From contig JALUYM010000370.1 of the NCBI GenBank assembly GCA_027018745.1, forward strand, positions 1-36,318: a stretch of 36,318 bases of DNA. Reading direction: 5' to 3'. The notes under the pieces are model-generated. The model was given only the letters and a program-made list of their open reading frames with translations. It was not told where the DNA came from and made no database searches. The position numbers and the translations under genes were made by a program. This DNA comes from Bacteroidales bacterium (GTDB lineage Bacteria; Bacteroidota; Bacteroidia; Bacteroidales; F082). Shown here one piece after another: positions 9,550-18,945 of this stretch; the first letter of the stretch is position 1, and each line of letters opens with the position of its first letter.

Positions 9550-10482
9550 ATGATGGAGAAAAAAACCGACATGGTAACAATACTCGGTAGTACGGCCACG
9601 GGCAAAACACGTTTGGCTGTGTTACTGGCAGATAAGACCGGTGGCGAGGTCCTTAGTGCCGATTCGCGACAGGTATACCGCGGCATGGATATAGGCACAG
9701 GTAAAGACCTGAAGGATTTTATTGTAAATGGCAGGCAAATCCCTTTGCATTTGACGGACATCGCCGAGCCCGGGACGGAATACAATGTTTTTGCTTTTCA
9801 ACGCGACTTTTTGCGTGTTTATAATGATATAAAACGACGAGGACATTTACCTGTTTTATGTGGTGGCACGGGGCTTTACATCGAAGCAGTACTCAACGGT
9901 TACAAGTTACAGCAGGTACCTGAAGATACTGATTTGCGCAGGAAATTAGGCCAGCTCTCAGAAAATAAACTGATTGATATACTGAAAAGTTATGGCCCGT
10001 TGCACAATACTACTGATATTACCGACCGTCAACGTACCATCCGGGCTATTGAAATAAAAGCGTTCCAAAGAAAACACCCGGCTAAGGAAAAACTGCCGGA
10101 AATCAGATCTGTGAATTTCGGTATCTCTTTTCCCCGTGAACAAGTGCGGCAACGGATAACGCAAAGGCTGAAAACCCGCCTTGAGAACGGCATGGTTGAA
10201 GAAGTCCGGCATTTATTAAACAGTGGTTTAAAACCCGAACAACTTATTTTCTACGGTCTTGAATACCGTTATATTACACTGTATCTGACCGGTGAAATCG
10301 GCTACGATGAAATGTTCTCCCTGTTGAATACGGCCATTCATCAGTTTTCAAAAAGGCAAATGACCTGGTTCAGGCGCATGGAAAAAAGGGGGATTGTCAT
10401 CCATTGGATTGATGGTAACCTGCCGGATACGGAAAAAGTAAATACCTGTCTTGAAATCTTGAAAAAAGAAAAAAATGAATGA
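9550..10482 (+). CDS. miaA: tRNA dimethylallyltransferase
   Basis: GSTATGKT, SADSRQVYRGMDIGTGKD, GGTGLY, GLEY, KRQMTWFR. Confidence 0.95.
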   Translation: MMEKKTDMVTILGSTATGKTRLAVLLADKTGGEVLSADSRQVYRGMDIGTGKDLKDFIVNGRQIPLHLTDIAEPGTEYNVFAFQRDFLRVYNDIKRRGHLPVLCGGTGLYIEAVLNGYKLQQVPEDTDLRRKLGQLSENKLIDILKSYGPLHNTTDITDRQRTIRAIEIKAFQRKHPAKEKLPEIRSVNFGISFPREQVRQRITQRLKTRLENGMVEEVRHLLNSGLKPEQLIFYGLEYRYITLYLTGEIGYDEMFSLLNTAIHQFSKRQMTWFRRMEKRGIVIHWIDGNLPDTEKVNTCLEILKKEKNE

Positions 10483-10581
10483 AAGCGATGTGCTATTTTT
10501 CAGAAAAGTCTTTGTTTTTTCATCGATAAAGCCGGTGTGAAATCGGTAGATACTTGTTTTTCAATTGCCTGTCTCTTTATT

Positions 10582-11106
10582 TTAAGAAACTTTTAGGATG
10601 AATCTTTCAATTTCCAGAAAAGGAAGCAATGCATCCAGATCAATGGACTCTTCTCCCGAAAGGATCAGGGTATTTTTATCAATTTCTTTGAGAAGTCCGC
10701 ATTTAAAATGGCTGTCCCAGATATGTTCCATGTACCAGTCGGGTTCTTTTCCCCAGCGCAGGTCCCTGGATTTTCTTCGCCAGAAAGTCTCTTTACTAAT
10801 GGTAAGAAAAATTTTTTTATCGTACTGTTTGTTGATATGCCTGTCGCAGAATGCAAAAAGTCCTTCGGCAATTACAATGTCATATTTTTCATGCTCCTTA
10901 AGTATATGGCGATAATATTTTGGGAGGTCGATGGATTCTGGTAATTCCCAATCCACATGGCCGTTAATACGGGGTATTTCATAGGTCGGCCGTGCGAAAT
11001 CATCCTGGCATAATGTGCATATTTTCAGAGGGCTGAGCTTTTTTTGCAGCCGGTTTGCCAGTGTTGTTTTCCCGGCATTGCTTACTCCTCCAATTCCAAT
11101 GATCAT
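10582..11106 (-). CDS. P-loop nucleoside kinase, nicotinamide riboside kinase/uridine kinase-like
   Basis: IIGIGGVSNAGKTTLA P-loop, QDDF, IAEG, FLTI.....RR and YMEHIW. Confidence 0.75.
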   Translation of the reverse strand: MIIGIGGVSNAGKTTLANRLQKKLSPLKICTLCQDDFARPTYEIPRINGHVDWELPESIDLPKYYRHILKEHEKYDIVIAEGLFAFCDRHINKQYDKKIFLTISKETFWRRKSRDLRWGKEPDWYMEHIWDSHFKCGLLKEIDKNTLILSGEESIDLDALLPFLEIERFILKVS

Positions 11107-11150
11107 AGGTGCTTGCTTGTGGTGCTGATTTTTTGGCGAAAATAGAAAGA

Positions 11151-12659
11151 TTATTTGAACTTTTTACTTTGGCCCGGTACAAATTGATAAGCTCCCAAAT
11201 CCGGAGCTTTTCCGCGGGGATGTCCCAGCAGGTCGTATGGCGCTGCTGCACTTATTGACGGGCTTCCCTGGCCAATGGCAGGCGAAAGGGTATCGAGACG
11301 ATAGTCTTGTTTGTTAACATCCATGAATTTGGGGTCTTTGTTTTTTATGATGTGGTTGAAATAAGCTGTATTTTCCATTTTAAGCCTGGTTTTTATCAGA
11401 CAATGGTCAAGAAAATAGGACGAATCGGCCCCGGCAACCATGTTGGTACCGAATTCATCGTCGTTGTAGCCGTATATAATGCTGTTGCCCAAATCAAAAT
11501 GCATGGGGTGCGGGATGGGCCGGTTGTTGGTATCAGACAGAAAATTGGTCAGCATAACTGCCGGATTATTCCGGATAGAATAGGGCCAGTAGTCGGCCAG
11601 TGTACATTGGATAAAATGATAATTTCCGCCGCCTGTCAGTGCCAGGCAATATCCTCCGCAGTTGGCCACTACCACATTCTGACCGATAATAGTATAATCG
11701 CGGCTCAGAATGCCGGCGCCGTTCATGTTTTTGATAACCACATTTTTAAGCAATAGTTTGTTTTCGGTTTTTTTAAAAAAAGATTCTGCCTGAATACCGA
11801 TAAAACCATTTTTAATGACGGCATTTTTTATCACATCATCACTACCGGCTTTCCCTTCCATAATCCATATTCTGTCCCATTGTCCCGGAAGACCGGCATA
11901 ATTTGCATCCAGCCTGTCTCCTTGAAATACAACGGGTTGTCCTAAGGTGCCGGAAACATTTAATTTACCATCTGCATATACCCAAAGTCCTGAATTTTTA
12001 TGAAAATAAATTTTTGTGCCTGCATCGATATGCAAACTGCCGTAAGAGTTAACAACAGCGTAACCGTAAATCACAATGGGTTTTTTGTCGGTCCATTCCA
12101 CATTTTCAAGGCTGTCGGCAACAATCTTATAAGGCGGAAATCCTTTTATGTGATGATCGGCCAGGATATAACGGGCATTTTTTCCCCAGGCCACCAGCTT
12201 AACACTTTGCACGTTTCCGTTCACGAAAAAAAGCAGGCGGTCTTGTACCACAAAGGGATTGGCGGCATTGTTGGGATCAATTGTAACACGGGCAAAAATG
12301 AATAAACTGTCTCCGGCGCGTATTTCCACATCTTTTTTATTGAAAGTTGCCTCCCCGTCTATGTTGATGCGAAAATCGGAAGATGAACCTTTCTCCAGCC
12401 GGATATCCGATATCCTGATTTTCGAATGGCTGTGATTGTAAACCATAAGCCGGTGAGTAGCAGATCCCAGAGAAGTAAAAACCGTATCGAAAATAATGGA
12501 ATCGTTGGAAAAAGCCAGTTTGAAATCCGGACTGGTGTTAAAAGCCTCTTTTTGACAGGATGACAAAAAGAATAATCCTGCTGCAAAAAAAAGGAAACCC
12601 GGCAAAAAAAGTACTTTAAACAGTTTATTTCTGGATAAAATTTTCAACGGAAAACACAT
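11151..12659 (-). CDS. Lipoprotein with right-handed beta-helix repeats and a choice-of-anchor-Q-like C-terminus
   Basis: Lipobox FFLSS-C; FS.DSIIFDTVFT, GQWDRIW, and C-terminal SPAIG...DLLGHPR...PDLGAYQF. A promoter element TATCTTTG at 12672-12679 favours ATG 12659 over TTG 12674. Confidence 0.7.
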   Translation of the reverse strand: MCFPLKILSRNKLFKVLFLPGFLFFAAGLFFLSSCQKEAFNTSPDFKLAFSNDSIIFDTVFTSLGSATHRLMVYNHSHSKIRISDIRLEKGSSSDFRINIDGEATFNKKDVEIRAGDSLFIFARVTIDPNNAANPFVVQDRLLFFVNGNVQSVKLVAWGKNARYILADHHIKGFPPYKIVADSLENVEWTDKKPIVIYGYAVVNSYGSLHIDAGTKIYFHKNSGLWVYADGKLNVSGTLGQPVVFQGDRLDANYAGLPGQWDRIWIMEGKAGSDDVIKNAVIKNGFIGIQAESFFKKTENKLLLKNVVIKNMNGAGILSRDYTIIGQNVVVANCGGYCLALTGGGNYHFIQCTLADYWPYSIRNNPAVMLTNFLSDTNNRPIPHPMHFDLGNSIIYGYNDDEFGTNMVAGADSSYFLDHCLIKTRLKMENTAYFNHIIKNKDPKFMDVNKQDYRLDTLSPAIGQGSPSISAAAPYDLLGHPRGKAPDLGAYQFVPGQSKKFK

Positions 12660-12776
12660 TTTATATTGTTGCAAAGATAGAGAACAATTTTAATGACGTT
12701 CTATTGCCGGAGAAGTTGCCTTGTTACAGCCTTTTACAGAGGAAATTACTACAATGTTAAACAAAAACAGCTGTTT

Positions 12777-14642
12777 TTATATAACAGCGAGGCTTTCATC
12801 AACAACATCCTCTTCAAAACGCAGGTTGTCCATGATGAATTCCTGTCGCCTCGGTGTGTTTTTCCCCATGTAAAAAGCCAGTGTTTTTGCCACTGAAGAC
12901 TCCCTCTTCAGGATAACCGGATCAAGGCGCATATTTTTGCCGATAAAATACCTGAACTCTCCGGGGGAAATCTCTCCCAATCCTTTAAACCGGGTTATTT
13001 CAGGATTTGGCTTGAGTTTTTCAATGGCAGAAAGCCGTTCTTCTTCAGAGTAACAGTAAAAAGTTTCTTTTTTATTTCTAACCCGGAACAACGGCGTTTG
13101 TAATATGAACAAGTGACCGGTTTTTACCAGGTCGGGATAGAACTGCAGGAAGAAAGTAAGCAGAAGCAGGCGGATATGCATACCGTCCACATCGGCATCA
13201 GTGGCAATGACAATGTTGTTATACCGAAGGTTTTCCAGGCTTTCGTCAATGTTCAGGGCTGCCTGCAGAAGATTGAATTCTTCATTCTGGTAAACGATTT
13301 TTTTGCTAAGGCCGAAGCTGTTCAACGGTTTTCCTTTCAGGCTGAAAACGGCCTGGGTTTGTACATCGCGCGATTTGGTAATGGAACCGCTGGCGGAATC
13401 TCCTTCTGTAATAAATAAAGTAGTTTCCAGCCGTTTTTCATGGTTTGAGTTGAGGTGTATCCGGCAATCGCGTAGTTTTTTGTTGTGCAGACTGGCTTTT
13501 TTAACACTTTCTTTCGCCAGTTTTTTTATGCCGGCCATGTCTTTGCGCTCTTTTTCCGACTGCAGGATTTTTCGGTAAAGTGCTTCGGCAGTTTCTGTAT
13601 GGATATGCAGGTAATTGTCCAGGTTACGTTTAACTATGTCTCCAATATAATTACGAATTGATTGTCCTCCCGGTTCTATGTGCTGCGAACCCAGTTTTGT
13701 TTTTGTTTGTGATTCGAATACCGGTTCCTGTACCCGGATGCTGAGGGTAGCTAAAAGCGAAGTGCGGATATCACTGGTTTCAAAATCTTTTCCGTAAAAT
13801 TCGCGGATAGTTTTTACAAGGGCTTCCCTGAAAGCATTTTGGTGAGTACCTCCCTGTGTGGTGTGTTGTCCGTTGACAAAAGAATAATATTCTTCGCTGT
13901 ACGAGCTGGAGCTGTGTGAAAAAGCACATTCAAATTCGCCCTCTTTGATGTGAATAATGGGATAACGCAACGGGCCGTTTCCGTTAATGTTGTGTTCGAG
14001 CAAGTCAAGCAACCCGTTTTTTGCTTGCATACGCTGCCCGTTCAGGAGAATGGTGAGCCCGTTATTCAGAAAAACATAATTCCAGAGCATCTCTTCCACA
14101 TACTCCAGGATAAAGTGCGTATTCCCAAAAAGCTTTTCATCAGGAATAAAGCTGATGATTGTGCCTTGTTTTTCGTTGCAATCAGCAATTTCCAGGTCTT
14201 TTACCAATTTGCCGCGGCGGTATTCTACAATTTTTGTTTTTCCATCACGTATGGATTGTGTCCTGAAATATGAAGAAAGAGCATTGACTGCTTTACAGCC
14301 TATACCGTTGAGCCCGACCGATTTTTTAAAAACTTTGGAATCGTATTTTGCCCCGGTATTAATTTGACTGACACAGGCTTTAACTTTTCCAAGGGGCATG
14401 CCGCGGCCATAATCCCGAACGGTTATCATTTTTTTTTCGTCGATGGTCACTTCGATGGTCTTTCCGTATCCCATAATATACTCATCAATGGAATTGTCCA
14501 TGATCTCTTTTACCAAAACATAGATGCCATCATCAGGTGAGCTGCCATCTCCCAGTTTTCCAATATACATGCCGGGTCTAAGCCGAATATGTTCTTTCCA
14601 GTCGAGCGATTTTATGCTGTCATCATTGTATTCTGCACTCAT
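12777..14642 (-). CDS. parE: DNA topoisomerase IV subunit B
   Basis: [59 protein letters not shown]. Confidence 0.93.
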   Translation of the reverse strand: MSAEYNDDSIKSLDWKEHIRLRPGMYIGKLGDGSSPDDGIYVLVKEIMDNSIDEYIMGYGKTIEVTIDEKKMITVRDYGRGMPLGKVKACVSQINTGAKYDSKVFKKSVGLNGIGCKAVNALSSYFRTQSIRDGKTKIVEYRRGKLVKDLEIADCNEKQGTIISFIPDEKLFGNTHFILEYVEEMLWNYVFLNNGLTILLNGQRMQAKNGLLDLLEHNINGNGPLRYPIIHIKEGEFECAFSHSSSSYSEEYYSFVNGQHTTQGGTHQNAFREALVKTIREFYGKDFETSDIRTSLLATLSIRVQEPVFESQTKTKLGSQHIEPGGQSIRNYIGDIVKRNLDNYLHIHTETAEALYRKILQSEKERKDMAGIKKLAKESVKKASLHNKKLRDCRIHLNSNHEKRLETTLFITEGDSASGSITKSRDVQTQAVFSLKGKPLNSFGLSKKIVYQNEEFNLLQAALNIDESLENLRYNNIVIATDADVDGMHIRLLLLTFFLQFYPDLVKTGHLFILQTPLFRVRNKKETFYCYSEEERLSAIEKLKPNPEITRFKGLGEISPGEFRYFIGKNMRLDPVILKRESSVAKTLAFYMGKNTPRRQEFIMDNLRFEEDVVDESLAVI

Positions 14643-14761
14643 TTCTCCAAGTTTGCTGCAAAAATAACAGAATGGACATTGAAAACAATCCCATTCCCAA
14701 ATAGTTTTTAAACATGATTTGTTGAAAACCTTGAAATAATAAGGCTTTGGGGAATTTTATA

Positions 14762-14800
14762 CAACAAAACCGTTATCTGAAACAGGTAACGGTTTTGTTG
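14762..14800 (-). terminator. Long hairpin terminator downstream of the DUF2892 gene
   Basis: CAACAAAACCGTTATCTG-AAA-CAGGTAACGGTTTTGTTG, a near-perfect 18-bp stem. Confidence 0.75.
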
Positions 14801-14815
14801 AAAAGGTAATTTTTT

Positions 14816-15007
14816 TCAGGCCTGTTTTTCGTTTTTCGTATTGAGTTTGAAAATTGGATAAAGCGGGCAAAAGTTGGTAAAAGCAGTCAGAATGGGAACC
14901 AAAGCAATGAGCCCCCACCAGCTTTTATAATAAAAGCCCAGGGCAGCAATCGCAATGCCAAGGACAAGCCTGATTATTTTGTCTGCTTTTCCGATGTTTT
15001 GTTTCAT
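14816..15007 (-). CDS. DUF2892 (YgaP-like) small membrane protein
   Basis: MKQNIG.ADKIIR...G...WWGLI..VP.LT....FCPLY....T. ATG 15007 follows TATTTTTG at 15031-15038. Confidence 0.88.
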   Translation of the reverse strand: MKQNIGKADKIIRLVLGIAIAALGFYYKSWWGLIALVPILTAFTNFCPLYPIFKLNTKNEKQA

Positions 15008-15057
15008 GGTTTTATTTTTTAAAGTTTTGGCAAAAATATGATCGAAAAGGCAGAATA

Positions 15058-15077
15058 TTTGTAACAAGGGTTACAAA
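15058..15077. promoter_or_regulatory. CRP/FNR-type operator TTTGTAAC-N4-GTTACAAA
   Basis: Perfect 8-bp inverted repeat with a TGTAA-N6-TTACA core, located upstream of the DUF2892 promoter. Confidence 0.7.
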
Positions 15078-15706
15078 GGTTGGATTATTTCAATGACAGA
15101 ATGCCGCAGGGTGATTTTACCATCTCTCTCAAGTTGTTTTAGCAGACGGGAAACAACTTCCCTTGCACTTCCCAGCTCATTGGCAAGTTGTTGATGAGTG
15201 ATGTGGATGGTATTTGTCCCAAACTGTTTTTGTTTCTTTTTTAAATGTTGGATAATCCTGACATCCATGGTTTTAAAAGCAACGGAATCGATGAAACAAA
15301 CTATTTCTTTAAAACGGTTACGGAAAAGTTCCAGAAAGAAATCGTTGCACTGAGAATATTGCGAATGCAGGTATGCAACAGTATCCACAGGAAGGGCAAA
15401 AATTTTCGACGCAACTTCCGTTTCTGCATAGGCCACACTTTTGGTGCGGGTGAGTCCGGCAACGATGGATAATGCACAACTTTCGCCGGGATTTATGTAA
15501 TAAAGCAAGACCTCTTTCCCTTCATCGCCTTTGCGCATGACATTTATCCTTCCTTCATAAACAAAAGGAATAATTTTTACGTATTTTCCCTGGTCCAATA
15601 TCCGGGTGTGTGCCGGAATTTCAAGAAATTCACTTTTTTCTATAAAATCATCGACAAGGCGTTTGTCTGAAAACACTTTTCTCAAGAAAAGATAAGCTTT
15701 TTCCAT
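15071..15706 (-). CDS. Crp/Fnr-family transcriptional regulator
   Basis: cNMP-like domain GKEVLLYYINPGESCALS and HTH ITHQQLANELGSAREVVSRLLKQLE. Start taken as MEKAYL at 15706. Confidence 0.92.
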   Translation of the reverse strand: MEKAYLFLRKVFSDKRLVDDFIEKSEFLEIPAHTRILDQGKYVKIIPFVYEGRINVMRKGDEGKEVLLYYINPGESCALSIVAGLTRTKSVAYAETEVASKIFALPVDTVAYLHSQYSQCNDFFLELFRNRFKEIVCFIDSVAFKTMDVRIIQHLKKKQKQFGTNTIHITHQQLANELGSAREVVSRLLKQLERDGKITLRHSVIEIIQPL

Positions 15707-15823
15707 GTATTGAATTTTTTTCAAAAGTAAATGAAATTTGATTATGATTATGTATGGTAGTGTGGTATCCCTTTTAAAATTGGTGAAAAAAATAACTGCT
15801 ATTTTTGCATAAAAATAAATAAA

Positions 15824-16870
15824 ATGGAACTTGAAAATCGTATTGCTGCTTTTGCCAGCCTGGGAACGATGCTCCGGGAGACATTTGGCGAAGGTAATTC
15901 CGTGGCGGCAGCAGAACCTTTGCGGAAAGAAGCAGATGAGGCATTCCGGTACAACGGTTGGTTTACCAAAGATTTTGTTTATCATGCACTGAATGCGTTG
16001 GGTGAAAGTCTCCGGGAAGAAAAATTACAAAAATGGGTTGCAAATTATGAACTGGGAACAAAGACCTCCCATTTCCTAAAAACGGTGGGGGTGGTCATGG
16101 CCGGAAATGTTCCTGCAGTAGGTTTTCATGATTTTTTGAGTGTGCTTATCAGCGGACACCGTGTTCTGGCCCGGCTTTCGTCAGAAGATAATAAGCTTAT
16201 GCCGGCCATTGCCAATCTGTTATTGGATATTGAACCTGGTTTTGAAGAATTTATCTCTTTTACCAAGGAACAACTGAAGAATTTTGATGCCATAATCGCT
16301 ACCGGCAGCAATAACACTTCGCGTTATTTTGAATATTATTTTGGGAAATATCCGCATATTATCCGCAAAAACCGCAACGGTATAGCAGTGCTTACCGGAG
16401 AAGAAACCGAAAAGCAATTGCGTTCGCTGGCGGATGATGTGTTTCTTTACTATGGCTTGGGCTGTCGTAATGTGGCCAAACTTTTTGTCCCGGAAGATTA
16501 TAATTTTGACCTGCTTGTGGATATTCTTTCTTCCCGTAAGGACGTCATCGAAAATCACAAATATTTTAATAATTACGAATATAACAAGGCCATTTTTCTG
16601 GTGAATAACCGTGACCATTTTGATACTGGAAACCTGTTGATGGTGGAAGATGAAAAGTTTGCTTCTTCGGTGGGGGTATTGCATTATGAATATTATACAA
16701 ATCAGGCAGGTTTGCGAAATTATTTGATGGTGAACAGGGAACAGGTGCAGTGTGTGGTTTCAGGTGCGGCATTTTTAGATAATACTGTGGACTTTGGCAG
16801 AAGCCAGTCACCCGAATTATGGGATTATGCTGACGGGGTGGATACGCTGGCTTTTTTGTTGAAACTATAA
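15824..16870 (+). CDS. Acyl-CoA reductase (LuxC-like)
   Basis: NGWFT, MAGNVPAVGFHD, IATGSNNTSRYFEYYF, YYGLGCRNV, P.LWDYADGVDT. Promoter element TATTTTTG at 15800-15807. Confidence 0.88.
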   Translation: MELENRIAAFASLGTMLRETFGEGNSVAAAEPLRKEADEAFRYNGWFTKDFVYHALNALGESLREEKLQKWVANYELGTKTSHFLKTVGVVMAGNVPAVGFHDFLSVLISGHRVLARLSSEDNKLMPAIANLLLDIEPGFEEFISFTKEQLKNFDAIIATGSNNTSRYFEYYFGKYPHIIRKNRNGIAVLTGEETEKQLRSLADDVFLYYGLGCRNVAKLFVPEDYNFDLLVDILSSRKDVIENHKYFNNYEYNKAIFLVNNRDHFDTGNLLMVEDEKFASSVGVLHYEYYTNQAGLRNYLMVNREQVQCVVSGAAFLDNTVDFGRSQSPELWDYADGVDTLAFLLKL

Positions 16871-17052
16871 CCCGGGTAAATTGTTTATTTACAGCGTTTA
16901 GTAAACCGACTTCTTGCTTGTTTTATCTGAAAAGAAAGGGGAGAAAAAACCGTGGGAAGGGGATAAGAAAAAATATCAGAAAAAATTAGGAAGTTAAAGG
17001 GAATTAAAATACTTTTGCACCTCCAAAAATGGATAGGAAAAAATTAAGAAAA

Positions 17053-17316
17053 ATGAAAAAAGATATTCATCCTAAAAACTACAGACTGGTTGTTTTCAAA
17101 GACATGTCCAACGACTATGCTTTTATTACCCGCTCAACTGTAAATACCAAAGATACCATTGTATGGGAAGATGGTAAAGAATATCCTTTGGTTAAACTGG
17201 AAATTTCCAACAAATCTCATCCGTTTTTTACCGGTAAGATGAAACTGGTAGATACCGCCGGGCGTGTCGATAAATTTCGTAACCGGTATAAAAAATTTCA
17301 GGAACATAAAAAATAA
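17053..17316 (+). CDS. rpmE2: 50S ribosomal protein L31, type B
   Basis: MKKDIHP..YR.VVFKD...[21 protein letters not shown], with no Zn-binding Cys. Promoter element TACTTTTG at 17010-17017. Confidence 0.96.
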   Translation: MKKDIHPKNYRLVVFKDMSNDYAFITRSTVNTKDTIVWEDGKEYPLVKLEISNKSHPFFTGKMKLVDTAGRVDKFRNRYKKFQEHKK

Positions 17317-17340
17317 ACAGGGAATATTTTTATTGAAAGG

Positions 17341-17369
17341 ACCCTTGTCTGAAACGGCAGGGGTTTTTT
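17341..17369 (+). terminator. Intrinsic terminator of rpmE2
   Basis: ACCCTTGTC/GGCAGGGGT stem followed by a T run. Confidence 0.7.
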
Positions 17370-17386
17370 GGTATGAAATAATACCT

Positions 17387-17517
17387 GAGACTTTTCAAAA
17401 CTTAGAAGAAATCGTTATTCTGAGCAGAGCAAAGAATCTCAATGTATTGAATATTTGATTATTATAGATTCTTCACTGCGTGAAGAATGATAAAATCAGT
17501 AATTTTTCAAAGGTCTC
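17387..17517. mobile_element. MITE-like nested palindromic element
   Basis: 14-bp imperfect terminal inverted repeats (GAGACTTTTCAAAA / TTTTCAAAGGTCTC, 12/14) enclose inner inverted arms at 17414-17439 and 17466-17491. Confidence 0.55.
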
Positions 17518-17584
17518 TGTCTGTTTTTTTTGCCGGTACTTCTTTTCGTCGTATCTTAGCCTTTTCTCAAAACCTTTTAATTTT

Positions 17585-18763
17585 ATGAATTATATCCTTT
17601 TTGATGGTGCTGTCAGAGACAATTTGTTGCCTTTTACATTTACTCGTCCTGTTGCCGATATAAGACTGGGAATAAGTACAATACGCGAAAAATGGGAATA
17701 TTTTCTCAGACAAAAAACTTCTTCACTGACGCGTGATTATCTGAGAGAAAAATTTCCGCTGGAGGCGCAGAAAGAGAACATTTTGATCAATGCGTCCGTT
17801 TTGCCCGATAAAGATTTGGTTTCCCGGATTATGCAGCTTCGGGAAGGTCAGGCATTATCCAGCGGCGAGATGATCATTGCCATGTATGTTCATGCCGAAG
17901 ACATTGAAAACATGGATGACTTAACCCCCGAAATCATTCCTGTAAAAGGCACAATTTCCCGGTTGCAACATGTTTGGGAGATTTATTCCATGAACAATGA
18001 AATGCTGTGCAATGATTTTTCTGTCCTGACTGCCGGTCGCAGGTCTCAGCCTCTGAGTAAAACAAACTTTGTGACAGGCGATAAAACAAAAATATTTGTG
18101 GAAGAAGGGGCAACAGTTGAATATGCTTTTTTAAATACTACGGATGGACCTGTTTATATTGGAAAAGATTCGGTGATAATGGAGGGGGCGAAGATCCGCG
18201 GGCCTTTTGCCGTCTGTGACCATGCTACCGTAAAAATGGATGCTAAAATTTACGGCGGTACCACTATCGGGCCTTATAGTAAAGCGGGTGGTGAAATTAG
18301 TAATTCGGTTATTTTTGGTTTTTCCAATAAAGGACATGATGGCTTTCTTGGAAATTCGGTGCTGGGAGAGTGGTGTAATTTGGGGGCAGATACCAACGTC
18401 TCTAACTTAAAAAACACTTACGAACCGGTAAAACTCTGGTCTTATGTCTCCAAACGTTTCGAAAACACCGGTGAGCAGTTTTGCGGGCTTATGATGGGCG
18501 ATCATTCCAAAACAGGCATCAATACCATGTTTAACACCGGTACGGTGGTGGGGGTATATGCCAATATTTTTGGTGACGGTTATCAGCGTAATTTTATTCC
18601 ATCCTTTTCGTGGGGAGGCAGACAGGGGTTGGCACATTATAACCTGCAAAAAGCTTTTCATGTGGCTGAGGCTGTTTTTGCCCGCCGCAACAAAGTCTTT
18701 GATGAAAAAGAAAAGAATATCCTGTCCCGTATTTACGAAATGACTTTTCAGCAACGGCGCTAA
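17585..18763 (+). CDS. Bacteroidota GlmU-like sugar-nucleotidyltransferase/hexapeptide acyltransferase protein
   Basis: LLPFTFTRPVADIRLGI.TIREKW, left-handed beta-helix hexapeptide repeats, SNKGHDGFLGNS.LGEWCNLGADTN.SNLKN. Confidence 0.87.
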   Translation: MNYILFDGAVRDNLLPFTFTRPVADIRLGISTIREKWEYFLRQKTSSLTRDYLREKFPLEAQKENILINASVLPDKDLVSRIMQLREGQALSSGEMIIAMYVHAEDIENMDDLTPEIIPVKGTISRLQHVWEIYSMNNEMLCNDFSVLTAGRRSQPLSKTNFVTGDKTKIFVEEGATVEYAFLNTTDGPVYIGKDSVIMEGAKIRGPFAVCDHATVKMDAKIYGGTTIGPYSKAGGEISNSVIFGFSNKGHDGFLGNSVLGEWCNLGADTNVSNLKNTYEPVKLWSYVSKRFENTGEQFCGLMMGDHSKTGINTMFNTGTVVGVYANIFGDGYQRNFIPSFSWGGRQGLAHYNLQKAFHVAEAVFARRNKVFDEKEKNILSRIYEMTFQQRR

Positions 18764-18777
18764 GTAAGCCAACCTGT

Positions 18778-18818
18778 CTGACAAAATGTATGCATTTTGC
18801 CAGTGGTACGGTCATTGT
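18778..18818 (+). promoter_or_regulatory. Inverted repeat plus sigma54-like -24/-12 site upstream of lon
   Basis: CTGACAAAATG-N4-CATTTTGCCAG (18778-18803) is directly followed by TGGTACGGTCATTGT (GG-N10-GT). Confidence 0.5.
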
Positions 18819-18945
18819 CTGTTACCAGGATAAACAAAGGACAGATTATTTAAATGATATAAACCAGTGCCTTAATGACACTACAACAGGTTTTATGCGG
18901 GTGGTAATGATTTCCCGACTGACAAACTGACTGAGAGGAATTTTT

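Noticed and set aside
12777-14642. parE without adjacent parC
   Set aside because: Unlinked topoisomerase IV genes are common in Bacteroidota.
15707-15985. N-terminal extension of the Crp/Fnr ORF
   Set aside because: It overlaps the divergent acyl-CoA reductase gene, and family similarity begins near 15706.
17053-17316. Zn-free L31 as a sign of zinc-starvation regulation
   Set aside because: Type B is the usual L31 in Bacteroidota, and no convincing Zur-like palindrome was seen.
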